DNA of 64,000 nucleotides from an uncultured Rickettsiales bacterium (GTDB lineage Bacteria; Pseudomonadota; Alphaproteobacteria; Rickettsiales; CANDYO01): NCBI GenBank assembly GCA_964550685.1, contig CAZJZY010000009.1, positions 1,181 to 65,180 of the forward strand, read 5' to 3'. Shown piece by piece: positions 8,028 to 16,337 of this stretch (position 1 is its first letter; each line of letters starts with the position of its first letter). The notes under the pieces were generated by a model. It saw only the letters and a program-made list of their open reading frames with translations, ran no database searches and was not told where the DNA came from. The position numbers and the translations under genes were made by a program.

Positions 8028-9289
8028 ACAATAAGCCTATTTTTGCCTTAGTTGATTGCAATAATTTCTTTGTTTCCTGTGAAAGGGTCTTTGCCCCACA
8101 CCTAGAAAACAAAGCTGTAGTTGTCCTATCAAATAACGACGGCTGCGCAATAGCTCGTTCTAATGAGGCAAAATCTCTTAATATTGCTATGGGAGAACCA
8201 TTTTATAAATTCAAATACTTATATGAACAAAAAAGGCTAGAGGTTCTATCTTCTAATTTCCAGTTATATAGCAATATGTCCTGGAGAATTATGGAGAGTT
8301 TAAAGACGCTATGTCCATTGGTTGAAGTATATTCAGTAGACGAAGCCTTCCTTGGCTTGCAACATCTTAATATAACTGATTATGAAGAATTTGGCTCCAA
8401 CATAAAGCAAAAATTACGCCAATGGACTGGAATTCCAGTCTCAGTAGGAATTGCTTCTACTAAAACCTTAGCCAAAATTGCTAGCTTCTTAGCAAAAAAA
8501 TCAAAAGGTGTTTATAATTTACTCGATAATCCAGAACTCGATAACATCTTAGAGCAGTTTCCAATTGAAAATATTTGGGGCATAGGAAAAAAGTTAAGTA
8601 TCAGCTTAAAGCTCTTAGGCATCGTTAATGCAAAACAATTGCGAGATAGCGATCCTCAATTAATAAGAAAAAGCTTTTCTATTGTAGTTGAAAAAATTGT
8701 CTATGAACTACGTGGAACTTCATGCTTAGAATTAACAACGCTCCATGAAGATAAGAAATCAATTACTTCATCTCGTTCTTTTGGTAGGCCAGTGACTGCT
8801 CTAGAAGAGCTAGAAGAAGCTTTGAGTAATTATATCAATACTGCCTGCGTAAAGCTTAGAAAACAAGAATCACGTGCAAAGGAAATATGTGTATTTTTAA
8901 GCACCAATAGTTATAGCACTAAACAACCTCAATACAAAAATAGTATGACTTGCCCCCTACCCTACCCTTCAAGCGACACCTCTGAAATTATTCTTTATGG
9001 CAAAAGATCTCTACGCCAACTTTATAAGCCAGGATATCAATATCATAAACTAGGAGTCATCCTTCTGGATTTACAACCTTCAAGAATAGAACAAATGCAG
9101 CTATTCTCTAAACCTAACTATTCACATTCAGATAAATTGATGAAAGCATTAGACTCTATCAATAAAAATATGGGCAAAAATACTGTTTATCTAGCGGGCC
9201 AAGGCACAGAGCGTACATGGAAAATGGAAAGCCAAAAACGTTCTCCTGCCTTTACTACTAACTGGAATGAGTTACCTGTAGTAAAATAA
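8024..9289 (+). CDS. umuC: UmuC, Y-family translesion DNA polymerase V catalytic subunit
   Basis: Start moved to ATG 8024 (MNNKPIFALVDCNNFFVSCERVF..VVVLSNNDGCAIARSNEAK), the classic UmuC N-terminus. Confidence 0.9.
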   Translation: MNNKPIFALVDCNNFFVSCERVFAPHLENKAVVVLSNNDGCAIARSNEAKSLNIAMGEPFYKFKYLYEQKRLEVLSSNFQLYSNMSWRIMESLKTLCPLVEVYSVDEAFLGLQHLNITDYEEFGSNIKQKLRQWTGIPVSVGIASTKTLAKIASFLAKKSKGVYNLLDNPELDNILEQFPIENIWGIGKKLSISLKLLGIVNAKQLRDSDPQLIRKSFSIVVEKIVYELRGTSCLELTTLHEDKKSITSSRSFGRPVTALEELEEALSNYINTACVKLRKQESRAKEICVFLSTNSYSTKQPQYKNSMTCPLPYPSSDTSEIILYGKRSLRQLYKPGYQYHKLGVILLDLQPSRIEQMQLFSKPNYSHSDKLMKALDSINKNMGKNTVYLAGQGTERTWKMESQKRSPAFTTNWNELPVVK

Positions 9290-9292
9290 CTA

Positions 9293-12200
9293 TCAATGAA
9301 TAGTGCTTCCTACCTCAAAATCTGTCATATCAGATTGAATTGATTGAATCTTTCTATTGGATCCAACGATTTTTCTTATATGTTCTAGCTCTTTTGCGGT
9401 TTGTGCCCCACGAGATATTAAATAAGTAATCATAGGCTTATTATAATCATACACAGTTTCCCTGCCCGCTTGAGCCATATCTAAAGCTGTTTGGTTTTTC
9501 TTATTAAAGGTATTTAGTTTGCCACCCTTTAAAACAATCTCAGCCGCAATATCTAAATATCCTTTTAAAGCTGCTAGATGCAAAGGAGTATTTCCATCTG
9601 TATCAGTAGTATCCATATCAATTTCTTCCAATAGCATTTCATGCACTTGAGTTCTTAAATCAAGCTTTATAGCAGAAATCAAACTATATTTAACTCCATG
9701 AATGAGCAGATTTGGAATTACTTTATAGTTTGAACAATTTAAAGCAAAATCTATATAACCATGATGATTTGGATTTGCTAATTGCGGATTCAAATCACCA
9801 CCAAAAGTCTTAAATAATTCTACTATCCAACCTTCGTAATTATGCTCGATAGCAAGATGAAGTACAGTTTTATTTTTTGCATTTCTTACATTAACATCAG
9901 CTCCCGAAAGCATTAATATTTCTGCATATCTAAATAGCTCTTTTGATGATGCCGCAAGATGAAGAGCTGTGTTGCCATTTTTATCAGTGGCATTAATGTT
10001 TACGCCACTTTTTATTAAGGAGTTGATATTTAAACGCTTAATATTTAATATAGCTAGATGTAAAGCATTATATCCATCTTGATCTTTAAGATTAGGATCT
10101 GCACCATATTTAAGCAAAATAGAAACAATTTCTTCAACGCTATACCTTGCTGCATGATGCAGTACCGTGCCTAGCAAAAGATATTGATTTATATTTGTTA
10201 CATGTGGAGCCAACACTTGCACTACATCTATTCCATTCATTATCGTTATAGCACTGTTAAGTCTGTTAATATCTACAGGCACTCCATAATCAACCAGAGC
10301 TTTAGCTAAATCAGAATTCCTATTATCTGCAGCATCTCCTAATAACCATTCTAGTTTCTTTTTAGGAATATTTTGTTCCTTTATGATACTCGAGATTTTT
10401 TCTGGCATGTTTAACATAAAAGCAGTTACTAAATCAATTTTCATTCCCTTTTTATAAAAAAGTTTTAGAATATCAACATTTCCATATAGTGCAGCTAGAG
10501 AAATTATGCTCTTGTTTTTAAAAAGGTTAAGGCTAATGTTTGTTTTTGCTTTAGCATCAAGTAAGACTTTACATATATCAATATGTTTTCTAAAAATAGC
10601 AGTCTGTAAAGGGAGGCTTACCAGTCCTGAATTATTTACTCCATAAAAATTAGGATCTGCTCCAGCTTTTAATAAAATTTGCACAATCTTAATTGCTCCA
10701 ACTGAACATGCATCATCCAATGCAGTATGAGCACCATCTCTGATAATATTTACTTGAGCCCCAGCTTCAATTAAACTCTGTACCATTTGTTCATTATTAT
10801 TTAAAATAGCCTCAGACAAAGGGTATATAAGATCCTTGTCATTAAATTTTATAGGGATATTAAGCTCGGCTCCTTCTATAATAAGTTGTTTTACTCGCCC
10901 AGTATCATTTGCTTTTATAGCTTTATTAAGAGCTATTTCTTTATCGATATTACGAGCATCTTGTATTGTTAGCTCTGTTATTTGTGCTAGATAGTTTTTA
11001 GCAAAATTATATCTGGAAGACAGCATGATGAGATCATCTTCTAAAAATTTAGTTTTATAATCTTTATCCCGTATCCCTTCTTCAAAATTATTCATTATAG
11101 AAGTGTCTGATAGCCTGGAATGATAATCTTTCGGTAAGGAAAGCCCTAGAACCTGACCTAAGCATTGTAAAATTTTTGCAAAACTATAATTAGGATAATA
11201 TTTTATCTTGCTTTCATTTAGATCATATTTATTTATTGTTATAGAAGCTTTAGATATAATCCAATTATTTTCTTTCTGTAATGTTACTTCATAGTAACGA
11301 CCGCCTAATTCATTAGGTGATTGGCCAATAATTAAATCTGCCTCAGCGCTATTTTCTATTTCAAGAAATTTTATTTTAAAAACTGATGATACATATTCGA
11401 ATACTTTTAAAACCAGTTTACGCTGTGATCTAGTAACCTTATAACTTTCATAGAATCCATAATATTTATTGCATATCTTCTTTGGAACTCCTTCCAAACT
11501 ATAGCTGATAATATGCTCTCCTTCTTTTTTAGGAATCCAATAACCACAATGACAATCTAAATTGTTATTTGAGAGGTTTAAATATGGTTTTCCTCCCTTC
11601 ATTTGTAAGTATTCAGCAATTGCTTTATGGTCATTATTTATAGCCAAATCCAAGGCCGTTTGATGTAATGCATTGAAAGCATTTATCTTTATACCTTTTT
11701 CAATTAATTTTTTGACAACGGGGCTAAAACCTCTTTTAACCGCATAATGAAGTAAAGTATTGTATTCGTGATCAAGAATATCAATGGATTCAATATTTTC
11801 TAATTCTTTTAGGATAATAGAAATCTTATTAAAGCAAATGGACGCTGTTAAGTCTAATTTTGCTCCTTTGGACAATAAATACTCAGCTGTCTTCTTTTTG
11901 CCATTTATAGCCGCTAAAGTTAGAGCAGTTTCTCCATAAAAATTTTTATCGTTTATGTTGTTACCTATTTCTATTAATTTATCTAATATAATAGGACTAC
12001 AACCTCTCCTTGACGCTAAATGTAACGGTGTATTTCCTCTTATATCTTTAGGATTAGGCGAGGCCTTATACAAAAGCAATAAGTCTATTGTATCTAGTTT
12101 TTCTTGTGCAGATGAATAGAATGATTTTCCACCTTCTTCATCAAGTATATTATTTGCTATTGCGTGCATTGCTGTTTGCTGTAAATGATCTTCAGCGTGA

Positions 12201-13279
12201 ACATTTGCACCTGCGAATAACAAGAGCTTTGATTTTTCAAAAGGTAAATAGTGAGATACAGCTGTATGTAAAACAGGAGTTTTTGTATGATCCGACCATC
12301 TTTCATCTGGATTTGCTCCCGCAGCAAGCAATAACTTAAATAGCTCAACTTCATCAGCAATCGCTGCATTACATAATGAATTAAGTCCTGCTGTATTAAG
12401 AAGAAGATTTAGATCTGCTCCATTTTGTAATAACCATAACCTTGTAGCCTCATCATACGCGGAAGTGAACGGAGTTTTAACTCTCCCTGCATAATCCGTA
12501 TAAGTGATATTTACACTTATACCAAATTTAATCATTTTACTCATCAATTTTGTATTTTTGCTACAGGCCGCCTGACAGAAAATATATGCTTCATTATCCA
12601 TGAGTCTATCACTTTTTCCTCTAATTTGTTCTATACCTTCATAATCATCAAGAACAAAACAAGAAGCTAAATTTCTTTCTGCTCCATTTTCTATAAGTAA
12701 CTTAACAACACAAGTATTACCGGATATAGACGCTTGATACAAAGCTGTTCCACCAACGTTATTGTATATAGAATCTATTTCGTTCAATTGAGTAGTCCAA
12801 TTTATGTCAATTCCAGCTCTGATAAGAGCTTTACAGCTTTCGACTTGATCGGATTTATTTTCTTTCACGTTCCGACAAAGAGCAAGAAATGCCTTTTTAG
12901 CGGCCAGAGAATTTACTTCTAATTCATTTTTAATTATTAACTTAATCCCTTCAATCATGTTTTGGTTTGAGTAAACTAAAGCTTCTATTGGATGATAATA
13001 TACATCTTGATATTCAGGGGAGAGATAAGTAATGAAGTTTACATCTGCACCTGATTTAATCAAGATTTCAGCAATATCTATATAACCTTCACACAGAGCC
13101 TTATAAAGACAAGTACAAATGTCATAAATTTGGTATTTTTGGGTAAAATTAACATCAGCTCCTTTAGCTATCAAATCCTTAATAATATCTTTATCGTTTT
13201 CAGAAATTGCTTTAAACAACAAGTTATTAATATCATTTTGATTAGAAGGAATTTTTTGCATCACAGTTTCCTCTGGCAA
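9293..13279 (-). CDS. 1328-aa ankyrin-repeat protein with a central degenerate metzincin (serralysin/M10-like) domain
   Basis: Many ANK units (..G.TPLHLA......IV..LL..GA..N) lie on both sides of aa ~575-760. That central region follows the serralysin fold landmarks but lacks HExxHxxGxxH (see findings). Confidence 0.85.
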   Translation of the reverse strand: MPEETVMQKIPSNQNDINNLLFKAISENDKDIIKDLIAKGADVNFTQKYQIYDICTCLYKALCEGYIDIAEILIKSGADVNFITYLSPEYQDVYYHPIEALVYSNQNMIEGIKLIIKNELEVNSLAAKKAFLALCRNVKENKSDQVESCKALIRAGIDINWTTQLNEIDSIYNNVGGTALYQASISGNTCVVKLLIENGAERNLASCFVLDDYEGIEQIRGKSDRLMDNEAYIFCQAACSKNTKLMSKMIKFGISVNITYTDYAGRVKTPFTSAYDEATRLWLLQNGADLNLLLNTAGLNSLCNAAIADEVELFKLLLAAGANPDERWSDHTKTPVLHTAVSHYLPFEKSKLLLFAGANVHAEDHLQQTAMHAIANNILDEEGGKSFYSSAQEKLDTIDLLLLYKASPNPKDIRGNTPLHLASRRGCSPIILDKLIEIGNNINDKNFYGETALTLAAINGKKKTAEYLLSKGAKLDLTASICFNKISIILKELENIESIDILDHEYNTLLHYAVKRGFSPVVKKLIEKGIKINAFNALHQTALDLAINNDHKAIAEYLQMKGGKPYLNLSNNNLDCHCGYWIPKKEGEHIISYSLEGVPKKICNKYYGFYESYKVTRSQRKLVLKVFEYVSSVFKIKFLEIENSAEADLIIGQSPNELGGRYYEVTLQKENNWIISKASITINKYDLNESKIKYYPNYSFAKILQCLGQVLGLSLPKDYHSRLSDTSIMNNFEEGIRDKDYKTKFLEDDLIMLSSRYNFAKNYLAQITELTIQDARNIDKEIALNKAIKANDTGRVKQLIIEGAELNIPIKFNDKDLIYPLSEAILNNNEQMVQSLIEAGAQVNIIRDGAHTALDDACSVGAIKIVQILLKAGADPNFYGVNNSGLVSLPLQTAIFRKHIDICKVLLDAKAKTNISLNLFKNKSIISLAALYGNVDILKLFYKKGMKIDLVTAFMLNMPEKISSIIKEQNIPKKKLEWLLGDAADNRNSDLAKALVDYGVPVDINRLNSAITIMNGIDVVQVLAPHVTNINQYLLLGTVLHHAARYSVEEIVSILLKYGADPNLKDQDGYNALHLAILNIKRLNINSLIKSGVNINATDKNGNTALHLAASSKELFRYAEILMLSGADVNVRNAKNKTVLHLAIEHNYEGWIVELFKTFGGDLNPQLANPNHHGYIDFALNCSNYKVIPNLLIHGVKYSLISAIKLDLRTQVHEMLLEEIDMDTTDTDGNTPLHLAALKGYLDIAAEIVLKGGKLNTFNKKNQTALDMAQAGRETVYDYNKPMITYLISRGAQTAKELEHIRKIVGSNRKIQSIQSDMTDFEVGSTIH

Positions 13280-13426
13280 GATATATGATTCTGTATGTAT
13301 TAAAGATATAGGATAAGCACTTTTGGTTAAAATTTGGTTAATTTAGTATCTAAGAAAGATATTAACCGTTTCTTAAATATTTTAGATTAGCATTGTTTAT
13401 AATTTACAAAAACATAGAGAAGTTTT

Positions 13427-14743
13427 ATGAAAGAAGGCGATAGCACTTTAACTCCAGTCAGTTTAATAAAAGACGATTTAGAGCATTTTAAAGATAAAAA
13501 GAAGCTAGATATTCTTTATCCTAAAAAAACTAAGGAAGAAGTGATGAGTGCATTGTCTCTTATTCTTGCTCAAATAGCTGATTGTAAGATGCGTGGTGTG
13601 TCGCCACCAATTGGTTTGATTGCGGATGCTCTTGCTCTGGCCGCTCTATATCCTTTTGGAGATATTTTAACTAAGCTGAAAGAAATTACCACTATGGCAT
13701 TTGAGGCTGCCCAAGCAGCTGCAGAAAATGGTACCTTAGCAAAAGATTCCTGGTTGTTATCTCCAGAGCGTCAAGCATTTGATGCGTTATTGGCAAAAGA
13801 CCCAAGTGCAGCTTTGGAGCAATATTTAAATGATCCAAGAGTTATTAAAAATATACAAATCTCAAAAGCTATAAGATCTGGCCAGCATGTTCCTGATAAA
13901 GATAGAGAAGAGTTCAGAGTTTATGCAGTTTCTGAAGAAGGCGTCTATAAGCGAACTGTCTTAACTCCTGTTGCAGCTTTAAAAGCTGCAATTGCTAAAC
14001 AACAAGGCCATCAAGCGGATCAAGATAAATATAATGATGCTCTCGCAGGCTGGGCTCATGAAGCATTAACTCATCAGGTATTTTTAGAGCGAAAAAATAT
14101 CCGTGGCGTGGAAGGGAGGCCCATAGAGGATCATATCATTCATAAAGAGGATGGGCATCTGATAGATAAAAGAGTTGAGAAAGTAATCCAAAAAATTGAA
14201 CAAGAAGTAGTGGGAGGGCTTGCCGCTGTGGGCGCCGCCATGACCAAAGCTCCGGAAGTAATTATAGATGCCTTGCATGACAGAATAGAGCAAGTAATAG
14301 AAAAAGTTGAGATAGCAAAAGAAGCGATCACATCGGATGCTGCGGTGGTTCGTGCAGAAGAGCTAAGACAAGAAGCAGAAAAAAGACAGCAGGCTGCAAT
14401 TGCTTCTGCTCAGGAAGCTATTATTATAGAGCAAAAAGTGATTGAAAAAGCGGTGGTGGTTGAGCAGGTAGTGGGACAAGTAAAAGTAGCTACAGCAGAG
14501 GTTTTTATAGATGAAAACGCGAAAGATTTGACAAAAAGCCAAGCAGATTTAGACAAGGAAGCTAAAGACGCCAAAAAAGCAGCTTTGATGGCAAAAAGAG
14601 CTGCCAAGCCTGCTACAGAAGAAAAAGCTACAACTATTATTGACGCTCTCAAGAAGCATGATTCAGGGCCCCAGGACCATCATGCCCCCCCCATTAGCGA
14701 TTCCTTACAAAGAAATAAATCACATTCGCATACTCCAGATTAA
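13427..14743 (+). CDS. hypothetical A/E/K-rich protein (438 aa), effector-like
   Basis: Long ORF in a visibly G+C-richer patch. The second half is coiled-coil-like and rich in A, E, K and Q. No motif recognised. Confidence 0.7.
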   Translation: MKEGDSTLTPVSLIKDDLEHFKDKKKLDILYPKKTKEEVMSALSLILAQIADCKMRGVSPPIGLIADALALAALYPFGDILTKLKEITTMAFEAAQAAAENGTLAKDSWLLSPERQAFDALLAKDPSAALEQYLNDPRVIKNIQISKAIRSGQHVPDKDREEFRVYAVSEEGVYKRTVLTPVAALKAAIAKQQGHQADQDKYNDALAGWAHEALTHQVFLERKNIRGVEGRPIEDHIIHKEDGHLIDKRVEKVIQKIEQEVVGGLAAVGAAMTKAPEVIIDALHDRIEQVIEKVEIAKEAITSDAAVVRAEELRQEAEKRQQAAIASAQEAIIIEQKVIEKAVVVEQVVGQVKVATAEVFIDENAKDLTKSQADLDKEAKDAKKAALMAKRAAKPATEEKATTIIDALKKHDSGPQDHHAPPISDSLQRNKSHSHTPD

Positions 14744-14985
14744 TATTAGAGATCTGTCGAGCTAGAGCAATTAACAATTGAGAAAATAATTACATAAAAT
14801 TAAATTATTAGCGAATATATTAATTTTTATTGATAATTTCTAAAATTCTGCTATTTTCAGCTTTTTACTAATGGATAATTGGTATATATCTATAATATAT
14901 AGGTATATATACCAATATCTGAAGTATGTATACTCAATATTCTGTAATATATACTAAGTTATTATTCTTACAATAGGAGGTTACC

Positions 14986-16005
14986 ATGTTTTACATAGAT
15001 CCAGAAACAGGCGAAAGAAGAGACTTAACTGAGGAAGAAGCTGGGCTTTTTCGCGATTTAATAGGAGCGATAGCCGATCAAGACGCTGAATATGCTGATC
15101 TTATATTAGAAGAAAGCCCTAGCCTAGCCCATGCTCATAATGAAAGAGGTGTCACCGCTTTAAGCTTCGCCGCGGGAGTTCATAGCGAAAAAAGTTTAGA
15201 AGTGGTGAGAGTGCTGATGAACTACGGATCAAACGTTTATGCGTTAGATAGTGGTGGCCTTACCTCAATTCATTATCTTAATAGAATGGTAGATCAAGCT
15301 TTAAAAGCGCAATTTTGTGCGGCAATGGGAATTGACTCCGATACAGCTGCTATTTTAAAAAGTATTCACCATGAAGAAGCATTAAAAATAGCCAGAACTG
15401 AAGTGGAAGCAGAATATGCAGCAAAGAAAGCTGCTGATGGTGAAGCCAAAACTGATACTGACGATTCATTTGATTCAGACAAAGCTTTAGAAGAATTTTT
15501 CAATGATCCTGAAGCGCAAAGAATGATGGAAATTTCTAAAAAAATAAGAGAGAGCCTTATAGTAAAAGCTGTCACTGATACCACCGTTGGCGAAGAAGCA
15601 ACTCAAGCCATAGAATCTCTCTATAGTAAATCAGCAAAATCTGATCAATTAGTTTACCCAGTGAATGAAGGTTTGGAAATCTTGCTGCAAGATATGTTTG
15701 GCAATAAAAAGTCAGATGTAGATACAGACACTAAACAAAGTGTGATTAGCTCTTTATGTGATTGGCTTGGAATAGACTTGAGTCAATTATCTTACTTAGT
15801 AAGCCTTGCTTCTGGCAGTGGATTCTTACCCTTCTATCATGGTGGCGGTGGTAATCCAGATGATGATTTCGGCAGTGGTCCATTTGGTGGAAATTCCGCT
15901 GTTTTCTTTAACGAACCAGATCACCAAAGCCCTACTTACATAGTAACGATTCTTGGTAATGGCACTATTGTTATTGCTGACGAACCACAACAAGATTCTA
16001 TGTAG
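14986..16005 (+). CDS. hypothetical protein with 1-2 N-terminal ankyrin-like repeats (339 aa)
   Basis: Strong RBS (GGAGG). NERGVTALSFAAGVHSEKSLEVVRVLMNYGSNVYALDSGGLTSIHY is ANK-like. The C-terminus has a Gly-rich stretch. Confidence 0.75.
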   Translation: MFYIDPETGERRDLTEEEAGLFRDLIGAIADQDAEYADLILEESPSLAHAHNERGVTALSFAAGVHSEKSLEVVRVLMNYGSNVYALDSGGLTSIHYLNRMVDQALKAQFCAAMGIDSDTAAILKSIHHEEALKIARTEVEAEYAAKKAADGEAKTDTDDSFDSDKALEEFFNDPEAQRMMEISKKIRESLIVKAVTDTTVGEEATQAIESLYSKSAKSDQLVYPVNEGLEILLQDMFGNKKSDVDTDTKQSVISSLCDWLGIDLSQLSYLVSLASGSGFLPFYHGGGGNPDDDFGSGPFGGNSAVFFNEPDHQSPTYIVTILGNGTIVIADEPQQDSM

Positions 16006-16337
16006 TTTTGTTCTGACCCTTAGCTCTTATAAAAGGGCTAAGAATCCTTGAAAGATTTCCATTGTTCTTATTCCGACATTTTATAAAGTAGGCTACAAAT
16101 GAAGTCCAAATAGAAAAAACTTTGAGAGATATTTAACTATATTATAAGATGATGGAGCCAAGGAAAAATCGTCTACCACTCCACTATAAATAGCATACCA
16201 CCCACCGCTTCTTAAATAATGACAGTTAATAAATAGAGGCTCCTGGTAATTAATATATATATATATTTACTTGACTTTACGTCATACTTTCTAGATTTTA
16301 TTGCTTTATATATTGTTTAATACATAAAGTTGATTTA

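Noticed and set aside
12088-12922. Short ORFs on both strands inside the ankyrin gene (12088..12339 +, 12157..12369 -, 12734..12922 +)
   Set aside because: They are nested within a 1328-codon ORF with clear ANK periodicity. They are out-of-frame or antisense shadows.
14084-15584. Antisense ORFs 14084..14293, 14140..14331, 14410..14652 and 15366..15584
   Set aside because: They are expected artefacts of Ala/Glu/Lys-rich (GCN/GAR) coding on the opposite strand in the G+C-richer patch. None has an RBS.
16252-16266. (TA)n microsatellite upstream of the 565-aa sensor-like gene as a phase-variation switch
   Set aside because: It has only ~7-8 units and lies upstream of, not between, the candidate -35 (TTGACT) and any -10 element. 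The promoter itself is poorly defined.
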